This document shows positions 26,167 to 39,400 of a stretch of 64,000 nt of DNA, in pieces. The number at the start of each line of letters is the position of its first letter. The stretch's first letter is position 1. Below the pieces are notes generated by a model. It saw only the letters and a program-made list of their open reading frames with translations. It ran no database searches and was not told the origin of the DNA. The DNA is from Ylistrum balloti (lineage: Eukaryota), in NCBI RefSeq assembly GCF_031769215.1, contig NW_026782027.1, positions 1 to 64,000 of the forward strand. The letters are read 5' to 3'. A program made the translations under genes and the position numbers.

Positions 26167-27593
26167 ATAAAGTTCGCCCTTTTTCTCGTGGTTATCCTAC
26201 CTCTAGCAATGTCAGCTCCCCAGCAAAAGGTTGTAGACGCAGATATGAACAGTATTTGTAAGTTCATGATTAATAATTTGTATATATGTTTTTTTTCTTG
26301 TCTCCCCAGGTCTTGTTTTTATTTTTGTTTTGTTTTTTTTATTTTGCGTTAGCCTTTGTGATTTGTTCTCTTAATGTAGAAACTATGTCATATGTATTAT
26401 TGTATTTTCAATTTGTGAAATCGTTATAATGAAATATACTTCATGACACTTGTACTTCAAAATGACCTTTAACATTCGTTCGAAAAGATATACCGTCCAA
26501 GAGTATTGATTAAGTTTTGTTTCGAGAAACTGAAAATAAATAGAGGACACATCGTTATAAAAAAATTGGATTTAAGTGTATTACTTTTAAATGCATCAGC
26601 GCAATCCTATCGCTAAACTACTGTTTTTGTGTCTCTCAGGAAGCCAGGAAAAGGACTGTTGTGTACTCTTGCTAATATACTATATATATATAGTATAAAT
26701 CCTTCAATATTTATATTTCTACATATACTGATAAACTATGTTATCATTCAGTAGAGCGTTGTGTATGCTATAGTTATGTTCTTGAAAAAAACTACTACGC
26801 TACTTATTGGTTTGAATGACATTCGACGGGCCTTATATCAAAATTAAAACATTTCTTTCTGTACTACATGTATGGCATGTAACACGCTTGTTGACACACA
26901 ATTCTCAACTGGAGCTCTAAACACCATTTCTCACACCGCTTGTCCTCTTTGTTGTCATTTGTAAGTATTCATTTAGATTTTACAATCCCCAAATGTAAAT
27001 TTGCTTTCTTCTAAGGAACATTAAAGTTACCAAAAGTTATCTATTGTCTTATAGCAAACTTGATATCAATGGACTAAACGTAACAAACTTAAAGACACAG
27101 TTCTCCACTGGAGTATTGAATATCCTTTCAAACCGCTTGCCTCCTGTGTTGCCATTCGATCGCATCGACTTTTTTATAACTTTAAGAAAATATATAAATT
27201 TCAGATATGCAACATTTGATAGGAGAACATTCTAATATATGAAAACATAAGGAAAATTTGGCATTGTTTGTTGATCTTTTATTGTAAATGTATATCAATA
27301 TTTGACGTTTTACGGATAATTCTGTAAATTTTGTGATAAAAAGTTATATATTTTACGCTATCTGTCTCGTACAGGGTGTAAATGTCATTTTACCCTTGAG
27401 CGTTTACAAACATAAAACATTGATATTGTTCTAATAATTGAGACATAACGAAACAGAAGAGAACATATGACGAATCTAGGAACTCCAAGTCAGGAAAAAA
27501 ATATAATTTCGACTGACAATATCTCTTTTGATATTAATTATTAATACTTTTCAAATTACTGTACCTTCGAAAACAAACTTACCAGTTGTGTAA
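26167..27593 (+). pseudogene. P3: pseudogene. Exon 2 at 26167-26257 with ATA start, 3' half of exon 3 (~26877-26960), 3' part of exon 4 (~27549-27593)
   Basis: Same ATA and QQKVVDADMNSI exon as P1. The exon-3 acceptor and first ~95 coding nt are deleted (resumes at TGT AAC ACG). Exon-4 remnant FQITVPSKTNLPVV* has no acceptor. Confidence 0.8.
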
Positions 27594-27764
27594 AATAACC
27601 GTTTTCGTAAACATGAACCGTAATGCTAGAGAAGTCAAGATATTATCATAACCGGATCTTGAATTCATTACATTATGAAAAACATGGAATTGTAACTTGG
27701 TGTTAGTAGCCAAATGATGGTCTGCCTTATAATGAACGGTACAACATTAAGATCTCATCTTGAT

Positions 27765-28165
27765 AGCTTACAGCCGGTAAATTAACCATTATTGATCACT
27801 AACGGTGTCTTTATGCAACGGAAAATTCCTTCCCAAAACATTACCGATCCACTTTTAAATCTGTAGTGATCTGCAACGCCGATACACACACTGACGACCA
27901 TCTGATCTAAATAACGCAAATCGAGAAATATCCACGAAGAGAATGGACCTCCATCGTCTCTTAGTTGCCTCCTTAGAATCAAAAATGAACCCTAAACATC
28001 ACTGAAGAGTCCTTGAAGGGCGAATGCGCCATTTGATGCAGTTTAATTTATTGTTGCAATCTACTGCATCTAATTCGTGGTCACCTGTGTGTCTTTTGTG
28101 CGACCTATAGAAACGAAGATACTAGCATAGTAAGTACGAGTATTCCTCACCCATTGTCATGCGCA
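27765..28165 (-). mobile_element. Tc1 catalytic-domain fragment
   Basis: GSVMFWEGI...KTPLVI.NGNL motif (GGSVMVWGGI-like). Confidence 0.6.
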
Positions 28166-28304
28166 GCAATATTAAATCCAAAACACACACAAAAAAACTT
28201 TTTTTTGTAGTTGAACACATGAAATAATACCGTAATTTAGGATTTCGTTTTTTATTAGGATGGCAAAATGTTCATATTCTTCTAAGGTTTATAGCACCTT
28301 TCTT

Positions 28305-30019
28305 TTAAGCAGAGGAACCTGGTGCAGGTGTCGGGATATGGAAAAAGTGGACGAGTTCTTGTAGCCTGTGAACGAAATATATTATTAGCATAATTAGCCT
28401 AAACTGACAACATAAACATATGCGGTTGTTTAATGGGTCGATACATTTATCTAAACTTCCAATGTCTTTCTATTGTATTAACTAGGAAAATGAAATATGC
28501 CTAGTCAAAAATGTTAGCTGCTATTGACTCCATAGCGACCAGGCTTGATGCTTGGATTAAGATGACCACAAACAATTTTAAAAGGAAAAGAAAGCGAAAA
28601 AAAAATTAATTCTGATAGATTAACTGTTTTACTATTTGAGCCATCGATATTCCGACCAATTCATGAATATAGCAAATCAATTCCATTAATACAGAAGAAA
28701 CTGTGGCTGGGTTCAAGGACTCTTTACCTAATGAAACAGATCAGCTAAAGCCTTAGACAAACGTTTAAGAGTTTCTCCAAATAGAACATCTGCTGGTTGG
28801 CCATTATAAGGACAGATTCTACACTGCGATCAGATCATTACACATCAGTGTAATGACACTGTAGTATTGTTCTATTTTCGAGGATATCATTTCGCTGTTT
28901 CTTAAGGACGGAAGAAGTATTTGAACTTATAATTGATGAAGATAACACAAATCCCTATCATAACCTCCTTGACATGTATATTTCTACAAGCTTCATTAAC
29001 ATAGCCAAAATTTGACAAAAAGGAAAATAACCAATTTTTTGAAATAGTGATCTCTAATGTTCCCTAGAAGAAAGCAAATACATTTTGGGATATTAAATCT
29101 ACCCGAATACTTACGAATGACAGGCAAGAGGACAAGCAGTGTGAGAAATGGTGTTAACAGATCCAGTAGAGAATTGTGTGTCAACAAGAGTGTTACATTC
29201 CTTCTCACATTCTGACTCCCTCTCGTTGGAACCGAGCTGATGTACTAAATCTGTGACCAGGAGTTTGAGCTCGTTAACGTGGAAAATGTTAACTGAAACA
29301 TATGAGGATACGACTACATTTTGTTTTACATTATAAGGAATACTAACGCATTTCAACAGAATCTTAATTTAAAATCAAGTTCGATAAAAAGAGGGCAAGA
29401 TATGAATTTAAAAAACCCGATTTACTCGCAGACAAGTGAAAATAAAATGAGAAAAAGTCCAGGTATTTTTTAAGAGAAAGCGTCTCCTACTTCATCGACG
29501 ACATCTGCTATTCTAACCTTTGTCAATCAAACAAAGTATTGTTATGTTCCAAAATTAAGCTCAGAAGAATATCATATTATATCAGCAAAAGAAACCCTAC
29601 ACATCAATTTGTCATGATGTTTCATAAGCATACGATACGAAAGAAAATATAACGGATACATTGCCGATAATTGTCGTCAATCATTGGCTTCAGCTGTGTC
29701 TTGCTCATTGAAAGCGCTATACAATGTTGTTAGCACATCTCATTCCAGCAAGGAACATAGTTTTATGAAGCAATTATAACATTGCTTGTTTTGTTTTTAA
29801 CGTTATCACAACTTTATTTACGCGAGTGTAATGTATTGTTAACAGTGTCATTGATGCAAATGCTTCTATTTGGTGTACATCGAATAAGGACTAATTAACT
29901 TTGTTAACACTTCACTTACGGATGCTGTTCAGGAGTGGGTTATTAGATCTACGTGTAGTTGTTGTAGTTGTCGAGATGGCCAAAGGCAGGACAACCACGA
30001 GTAAAAGGGCTAATTTCAT
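28305..30019 (-). CDS. M3: 112-aa secreted twin-CX3C protein with Thr6-RR spacer. Coding exons 30019-29920, 29292-29115, 28365-28305
   Basis: Splices to MKLALLLVVVLPLAISTTTTTTRRSNNPLLNSILNIFHVNELKLLVTDLVHQLGSNERESECEKECNTLVDTQFSTGSVNTISHTACPLACHSLQELVHFFHIPTPAPGSSA*. GT-AG sites intact. AATAAA at 28256-28251. Confidence 0.88.
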
Positions 30020-30914
30020 GATGATACTCGGCTAAATAGCTAAAATGCGAACTGTCGGAAAATAAAAGTGTTGTAAATAAAAAAGGAATATGGTAAAATT
30101 CATCAAGTTTTCTAGCGGCGTATAATGGTGTTTGTCGAAACGAAAATAAGTGTGAACTAGAATCTTAGTAAGTAACATCAAACATATGTTACAATGACCA
30201 TGGAGTCTGAGTAGTCAAATAAGTAAACATTCAAAATCAACAAATAAATGGTAGTTGTATCAATTATACAGATGATAAACTGTATTGGCAAATCTGTCAG
30301 TGATAAACCGTTAGAATGTTTTACAAATAAAGTTAATGAGACACAAAAAAAGTGCTTGAACAGCTTCAGCGAAGCAAGATTTTTGTTATTGTGTAGATTA
30401 AACACCAGTTAAAAAACCACAAATAACATTTGTAGCTGCACCAACTATAACGTTTATATGCATAAGAGTAAAATCATGCACTCTGCGGAACGCAGTAAAC
30501 ACAACAAATTGGTATGTTTAACACACAAACGAATTTCTATCGTACGGAACAAAACCATTATTTAAAAAGTGTATTTCTTTTAGCTATAAAATTGTAAAGA
30601 ATTATTTTTTTCACAAAAAAGAAGCTGAAGAGACCCTAAAACCAACGAAATACAAAATCTAACAAAGTAAAATAGAACGAAATTTGATTTAACGATAAAA
30701 TTAATTAGAAGTAATAGGAATGAAACTAAAGGGAAACACAGAAGATAGATTATGACAGGAAATGCTATTTTCTAAAGACGTTAATTGTAATTTTGAACAT
30801 TTTGAAAATAATGTTGATAATAATGACGGAGTTTGTCAAAGAAATTAATTTTGACGAGATATATCGGTAAGAAATAGCATTACATTCCATATAGTCAATG
30901 CATAAGGAACTTAC

Positions 30915-30971
30915 CAAAGTGGTCGTAAGTTGAGGACTGGGACGATCGATGGGCGGTAAGCTGTTTATATA
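30915..30971 (-). promoter_or_regulatory. M3 TATA box (30971-30964) and non-coding exon 1
   Basis: Conserved TATATAAA...ctttg|gtaagt cassette. Confidence 0.75.
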
Positions 30972-32729
30972 GAGATAAATACGTGTTTTTTGCTGCTGTC
31001 TTAAATTTCAAAATAAATCCATGTGAAATGTCATCTGTATAAGATGTCATACGATTACGTAATCTGTTATAATTTTTATTTTTCTTATCATGATCAGGCT
31101 TTTTCTGTTAGGTGTCTACAACATTCCCGAAAGATCGAATAGAGAATACTGAAAAATATGAGATAATGAAATAGTCGATTTACATTATTACGCATACCTG
31201 ACATATGTTATATGTTACATTTCCAAGATATGATTAAAACAACATTGAATCGATTACCTAATCAATCAAAGGAATATAGCAGTGATTTGGTATCAGTTTG
31301 ATTAAGATATAATTAAAATAATTTTTGAAAATATTATTGAAAAACTTCTTTTTGTAGATTGCTAGTACCGTAAAGGGTGTAATAAACATTGCCTAAACAT
31401 GTACCTAAAGTGTCTTTCAGAATTATCGACTGTTTATGGATTTCTTATGGAAGGGTGTGTGTATGTTGGGGTGGGGGAGGGGGCTGTCGGAAGGATAGGC
31501 CACGCCACTCTCGAACTATTGGATCTGAGCATACCTTGTTAAATATCACTTATATCAATATTTAGATAACTTAAGCATATTTTGCATGCGTATCTTAACT
31601 ATTATTTAAACTATCTATGACAGTTTAATGAGAAATGCAGTTTTGCGCATAAAACAAAAATAGCCCATAAATTTTCTGGAATAACGTCCAAATTTGTTTG
31701 CAATATCGACTCTTTCAAACACACAAGTGATCTAGTGCATGCAGTAGTATTTTAAACAATTACAAACACAAATAAATGTTAGGAAACAATTTTTGGTGCA
31801 TGATTTATGTTTTCAACAGTTTTATATAAAATAATTACGAGAGAGCAAATAATATATATTTACACAGTTTACCTATTCTATAGAAATCACAATTTCTGTT
31901 TTGCAATTACCTTGTTTGACCCTAGCGAAAGTTTATCAATAAGATATTATCAATCTATTTCAATTTGACCCGTTGTATCCATGCAATTAATATAATCTTG
32001 TTGCTCCTTGCAGGCAGGGGCCTGAAATGGGATATTATGTGTTCGTTTCTGCAGTATAATGTAAACTATTTGATCATGATTGATGGAACATCCGGGTGAA
32101 GATGACTAATGGCGACCCTTTGTGTTGATATGTTAAAGTTTCTCATATATACTTAAAATCACGTAAATTGATCCAAATGTTAAATTCCTATAACATTCTG
32201 ATTTCATAAACGCTTACCTTGTATACAACACATAATTAAAAATGTCATCATGGTGTAATTTATATATTTTAGTATCATGTACATAATGTTCCGATACCTT
32301 CAGGCCGAATCGTATTTAAAATATTTTACTTTCATTATAATGCATTCTTTTCTTTTATCTGGTATGTCCTAAAACTATGCTGCCCATTGACTGACAACCT
32401 GAACAGATATCCTTGAGAATTATCAGTAGAACAGGTCGCACTCTAAAGGTTCTGTAAAACAACCCACTTATATTACATGTTGGTCATTTCAATTGCACTT
32501 GAATGACATATGTATAACATTACATAATCGGAACTGTATTCCGTGCTTCTAATTTTATCAGGGTCGACATCTTCATTTGATAGTAGGAGTGGCCAGTTTT
32601 ATGTCAAAAATGTCTGTCATATTTCATAGTATAATCCAAACATCAACTTGTTTGACTGCTGTGTTTTATTGAATACACAATGTGGATTTTGTATCCAAAT
32701 GCAGAACTATATGAGCTAATGAATCTGGA

Positions 32730-33905
32730 TAATAAGGTCGCACTCAACAGCAGGGCGGAGTTCGATGATTCCAAATTAACTATATGGCGGGTAATTTTAC
32801 GCCTCAACGCTGATGACAAATGGAGATCCGGAGTAATGTTGAGAAATGTAGATCGGACGGCAAATAATATCATTGATAGCGGAAAACGTCAAATCCACCC
32901 AAGAAACCTGTGAGAAATAGACTGCGAGAGTCAACATTTCTATAGTTATTATTTTACATGATTCGTTGATGATGAGTTCGTTGTTTCGATTTCACGATTA
33001 GTTCATTATACCTAAATACATTTTGATGATTTTTGTTGACCTTCCACAGACGGCATACATAGTGTTAAAACAGGGCTACTCTACGCCGAGTCCTTATCCA
33101 AATCAGTAGCATATGTGTCCACCCCTACCTACAGCCGCTGCTCTTACTCTCCCATCAATGTGTTTATTGACATTTGAGGGATATTATACAACTCCTGAAT
33201 AATTGCCTGGGTGAGTTTAGCGATATTATAAGACACGTTGACGTACTTACGAACCCTCCTGTCCAGCTCGTCCCACAAATGCTCGACTGGGGACAAATCT
33301 GGACACGTATGGTAGCCAATCAATAACCGGGACGTTGTTTTGAGCCAGAAAGTCACGACAAACCCTAGTGAAATATGTCATCGCTTTGCCCTGCTGCAAC
33401 GTACGGTTACGTAGATGTAGAAAAGGAAAGACGTGTGGTCTTAAGACTTGATCCCGATATGTTACTGCTTTGAGATATTCCCCTGCCAATACCATAACAT
33501 ATTATCCCCGAATATGTCGCTTTCCGTCACGCAAGATTCAGAGTATCGCTCGCAACGACGTCGATAGGCACGTTGTCGTCTATCTGACCTATAAAGCGAG
33601 CCTCGTCAGTGAACACATTCGTCTCAAATGGGCCAAAGGAGACCGAATAGGTGGATGTACAAGCGGCCACTGCATTCAACGTTAGCGTCGCCTCTGTGTA
33701 AGTGGCAGACCAACGTGCGGACGTCGTGGCATTGCCATACTGGCCAGCAATGAGTGCCATCTCCGTGGCCCTCGGAAATCGGTTACGGAGGTCGAGAGAC
33801 GTATGCATCTATCTTGACGTAGCGTAGTAACGCTCCTGGTACAGTAACACAATCTCATTTTGGAATGAGACGCCCAATTGGTGTATTGTTGCTTCATATA
33901 CACCA
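32730..33905. mobile_element. Tc1 remnants, duplicate of 9150-10345 (HTH fragment on +, DD34E part on -)
   Basis: FTDEARF, YRDQVLRPHV, PDLSPVEHLWDEL motifs. Confidence 0.85.
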
Positions 33906-34794
33906 AATTGCTGGGCTACATTACCTTCTTAATCCCCCCTCCCTGCTTTACCAGAGCTATGTTTCAAACCTCTATCAACTTCACTCATTCACGGCATTTT
34001 GCTCTACAATTTACTAAAACGAAATGGTGTGTAGCTGATATGCATTGTTCATGATACACGCTTTCTTGAAAAATCTGCTTAAATCAGCTTCGAGAGTGGT
34101 CACGGTTGGCTGAATTGTATCATTTTAACAATGCACGGGGATAGCTCTGTGTCAAATTTAATTAAATTTCTTCCATGCCACAGTTATATTACAAAAACCG
34201 AACTTGCGTTTCTTTTTTGCTGCTAGTATATACATATATATGTACTGTCTAACCTGAATGTTATATGTGATAGGTAATTTCGAATGATAAAGAAAGAATT
34301 CAGACATAGAGCTAATGTTGGAAGATCACTTGAAATGTAGCTCATGACGTGAAGTATCTGCCTGTAAATACGAGCTGTAATTCAGAAGGTAGTGTTATAA
34401 ATTAACTACTCGTAATTGTTCTTCTTGTATTTTAGTTTACTTTGTCTTTGTTTGTACCCTTATTGTCCCTACTATTTTTGTTTATTTTTTTCTCACCACT
34501 CCGCCTAACAACAATAATGGACCCTATTGTTGTGTATAAAACAACGAAGTTGATCACAAAAAACTAGTCGTAGTTGTTCGTCTTGTATTTCCATCTACTT
34601 GATAAAAATTAAGAAGCCATAATGCTAGTTTATAAATAAGTTGTGTAAGTAGGTAAACAGTATACTTGTGGCAGTAAACAGAGTATTATTCCTTGATCAT
34701 ACAGCTTGTGGTTCCACGACACTAGTTTTATTGGACACCATTTTTGCATTTTATCGTCCCTTTGACATATGCCGTTTCATTTTGACGATTCCTC

Positions 34795-34851
34795 TATAAA
34801 ATGGATTTCTGTTCCCCATTCATCCACACTGCTTTACAGGCAACTTGACTG
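34795..34851 (+). promoter_or_regulatory. P4 TATA box (34795-34801) and non-coding exon 1 ending at donor 34852
   Basis: TATAAAA-tggatttctgttccccattcatccacactgctttacaggcaacttgactg|gtaagt. Same 56-nt TATA-to-donor distance as the M copies. Confidence 0.68.
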
Positions 34852-36416
34852 GTAAGTTCTGCATGTATATTAGAACATTTAATCTGAAGTTAGTGTACCT
34901 TAGTACTTCAGTTTGTACTTTGTTCCACATTATTTTTTCTCAAAGTTATCTCCTTGTATGGAATCTTTTTGGGTTATGCTTCTTTCAATTTAAAGAGTAA
35001 ATTGTTTTCTTGGTACAACATGATAATAAACACATTGCTTTGCTTGCTTATTTTGTTTATAGCTACAATCTTACAGCTGATAATAATTATGTGAAAGTTT
35101 TACAGTTGTCATCGTGATCTCATTGATAAATATCCTATTTCTTTATGCGATATGCAGCTGGATGTGTTTGATGCTTGTTATTTTTTTTTGTTTGTTTGTT
35201 CCATTGTTGTATTTCTTGTTGTCATTTGCGAAAATTGGCATTACTTACTTGGATTCATCAAGGGTTATATAGTGGAGTCGTCAATGAAACAAAAAACGTT
35301 TACGAAGCACATGATGTTATTGTCCGTGAAATGTTTTCAGAAGTCTCCGTGTTAATCTTCATATTCTTCATATTCTTTTGGTATTTTCTTGGATTTTCTA
35401 TTCAGCAAGAACATATTCATGTTCGAACAAAAAACTTTAAACGTTATGGATATAATTAATGTATCTTTGTATTTAATTTTGTAATATTCAACACCACATA
35501 TGTGTGTACCTTGTGTTCTTTTTTATGCGAATTGCATGTTTTAGTACCTCGTCCGTTTCACTGTATAACTTGAATAATATCATGTTAAACTGGAAACTTG
35601 TTATCTTATATTTTGTCTACCAATTTGAGAAGGAATCAGTGGACTATTTACCGTAAAATGAGTTTATCAAACGCGACTAATAAATCGTCATCTCCAGTCT
35701 TTTTTCTACATGATTGAAAGAAATTAAATTAGATTATAACTAATCATTTGAATGATTTTCGCAATAATGAGATATTTCAAATATAACTATCCCCCATGTT
35801 GCAATATACATGTACCTTTCTGCTCGAAAAGCTTCCCTTAATATCTTTGTATTTAATAAATATGACAGATTTGACGATGATGAATTTCTGCTTGCCGATG
35901 AAGAGTTTATCTCAGTACATGATTGTTTTAGGAGACATGTGATAATTGGGTACTAGACATATACGACGAATTGGTTTTATTAAGAGGTTCGGGAAACCTA
36001 TTGGCCAAGAACTGTTTTTGTAAACGTGGATGCAATAATTATACAATCCTTTACAAGTAGAAATAACAAGATGAACCAAGTAACATCGAAAAGTCGTGAA
36101 TTTTTCATATTTCTTTGTGACCTCATGTGATTGTCCAGTAGTGAGGAAAGTATTTTCCGCATCGAAATAAGTCTGCCTAATAGGGAAAGTTAATGTTTTA
36201 CCTAATATCATTTCCGGAAGGTACATAAATGTTTTAGGGCTATTAATCACATTTGAGTATCTGCCCTTGTATTACAATATGTGCATAGTCAATACTGGAA
36301 TGCAATAAATTTTCGCTTTGTTAACAGTTATACTTTTAAAGTCCTTCTTTTGCCACAATTTTGAAACGCTTTTACTTTTTTCTCATAGCTCAATAATCTC
36401 CAATCAACGATTCATC

Positions 36417-39400
36417 ATGAAGTTGGCTCTTTTTCTCGCGGTTTTCCTTCCTCTGGCAATGTCATCTCCACAGAAAAAGGCATTAAACCCATTTCTGAAC
36501 AGTACTTGTAAGTTCATGATTATATACTTTATATTAATGGGTTTTTTTTCTTGTCTCTCCAGTTCTTTCTTGACTCTTTTTGCGTTAGCCTTTATGATTT
36601 GTCCTCTTAATGGAGAAACTATACCATATGTATTATTGTATTTCCAATTTTCAATCACAATAATGAAATAAACTTCATAACACTTGCTCTATCGAGAAGA
36701 AATTCGGTCGAAAAGTATTGATTAACAATTGTTACAAGAAACTAAAAAATAAATAGAGGACAAATCGTTATAAAGGAATTGGATTTAAATGTATTACTTT
36801 TAAATGCATCAGCGCAATCCTATCGCTAAAATACTGTTTTTGTGTTTCTCAGGAAGCCGGGAAACGGACTGGAGTGTGCAATATTTCACTCCTCTTGCTA
36901 TTACACTATATGGTATCAATGCTTCAATATTTAAATTTCTAGATATTCTGATAAACTATGATATCATTGAGGGGAGCGTTGTGTGTGCCATAGCTTTTGT
37001 TCTTGAGAGAAACACTACCGTTGTTGGTTTGGATGACATACAACTGGCCTTATGTTAAAACAAAGTCATTTCTTTCTGAAGGACATGCATATATATGTGC
37101 AATAATCACCATACATTTTGTCCTATCTTCTAGTGAACATTTTCAAAGTCAACGAGCTAAAACTCCTGGTCACAGATTTAGTAAAACAGCTCGGTTCTGA
37201 CGAGAGGGAGGCAGAATGTGAGACGGAATGTAACACGCTTTTTAACACACAATTCTCTACTGGATCTATCGACTCCATTTCTCACAGCGCTTGTCCTGTT
37301 GCATGTCATTCGTTAGTATTCAGTAAGATTTTACAATCTCAAAACGTAAATTTGCTTTCTTCTAAGGAACATCAAGGATACCAAAAGTTATCTGGTTTTC
37401 CCTTTGTAAACTTGATATCAATGACCTAATTGTAACACACTTAAAGACAGTTCACCGCTGGAGTAGTGGATACCCTTTCTGATCTTATATTGTATATTGG
37501 AATTGATTTGTGTATTTATACAGGTTATATGTTCAATGTTGTTTTTATGTAATATGTGTATACCTGCATTATCACCAAATATTCAGTTTACATGCCAATA
37601 TGGGCACAGAAAAAAATTATTTGGACTAAGTTTCTTCAGGGAATTATTCCAAGAGGCTAATCAATTAAGCTGTTAGTAACTAAGGTATGGATGATTTACA
37701 AATAATGTCTCTAAATGTCAGGGGACTCCATTCAGATAAAAAAAGAGAATAGACTTATTTTATTGGATTAAAAAGAAAAATGATACTGTTGTATTCCTAC
37801 AGGAAACACATAGCTGTGTAGAAATTGAAACTAAATGGGAAGATGAGTGGGGAGGAAAAGGAATACTTAGTCACTGTAGTACATCAAGTGCAGGGGTTGC
37901 GATATTTTTTGGAAACAAAGTTGAAACTAATATACATAGTAGAGAGTTAGATTCAAACGGTAGATACATTATATTAGATGTTACAATTAACGGAGCTAGA
38001 ATCACTTTAGTAAACTTATATGGACCTAATAATGATGTTCCTGATTTCTTTGAAAAAATCTTTAGAAAAGTCAGGTTAATCTCAAACACAAAAATTGTAA
38101 TAGGAGGGGATTGGAATGTAACACAAGACAAAAAACAGGATACTGACAATATTATTCAAGATAATCATAGATTTTCTAGAGAATGTATCATAAGAAATAT
38201 GGAAGATTTAGACTTCATTGATATTTGGAGAGTTCTCAATGATGAAAAACGAAAATTCACATGGCGCAGAAAAAAACCCAATCAAACAAAGTCGTTTAGA
38301 CTATTTTATTATCTCACAAGATGTTTTTAGTACAGTTACAGATGCCAAAATATCACCAGGCTATCAGACGGATCATTCATGTAAATCTATGACTTGTATG
38401 AAAGAAGAAAGTAACAGGGGTAGAGGGTATTGGAAATTTAACACTGCTTTATTAAAAGATAAAACTTGGGTTAATCTGGTAAATCAATGTATAAAAGACA
38501 CTTTTAATGAATATAGGATTTCTGGGGACTCAGAAACATTAGAAAATGTTGAACTACGAATAAATGATCAAATGATGTTTGAAATAATTAAAATGAAAAT
38601 TAGAAGCCTAACAATTGAATACTCTATTAAAGCAGCAAAAGAAAGAAAAAGAAGGGAAAACATTATTACAGAAAATATAAAGAAATTAGAAAAGTTAATG
38701 ATTAGTCAGCCTTCCAATGAAGTATATGAACAATTAGAGGAAGAAAATAAACTATTATCAGAGGAAAGAGAAAAGAAAATTGAAGGAATTATGCTTAGGT
38801 CAAAGGTTACATGGTACGAAAAGGGTGAAAAATGCTCAGATTTCTTTTGTGGTCTTGAAAAGCAAAATTTTGTTAATAAAACGATTAATGAGCTCATCAA
38901 CGAAAAGGGTGAACATTTAGCAAACATAACAGAAATATTAGAGGAAGAAAGACAATTTTATAAAACACTTTATACAACACAAAAATATTGTGATAATGAG
39001 TCTCCACTATTTAACCATGGAAAAATGATAAGTCAGATAGAAAAAGAAAGTTGTGAAGGTCTTATTACAGTTAATGAATGTAGTAAAGTTCTTCAAGATA
39101 TGAGTAATAGAAAAAGTCCTGGATCAGATGGGTTTCCAGCAGAATTTTATAAGTTTTTCTGGAAGGATATGAAATACTTTATATGTAAATCAATAAACTA
39201 TGCTTATAATAATGGATCACTATCAGACTTTCAATGTCAAGGAATAATAACTTGTATCCCGAAAGAATCAAAAGATAGAAGATTAATAAAAGATTGGAGA
39301 CCTCTGACTCTATTAAATACTGATTATAAGATAGCTTCTGCATTAATAGCAAACAGAATAAAGAAAGTACTACCATTAATTATCAGTGATACACAGAAAG

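Noticed and set aside
36852-36915. Conserved tctcag|gaagcc acceptor-like site in P intron 2 as an alternative exon
   Set aside because: Joining it to exon 2 (phase 1) creates an immediate TGA, and no conserved donor was found.
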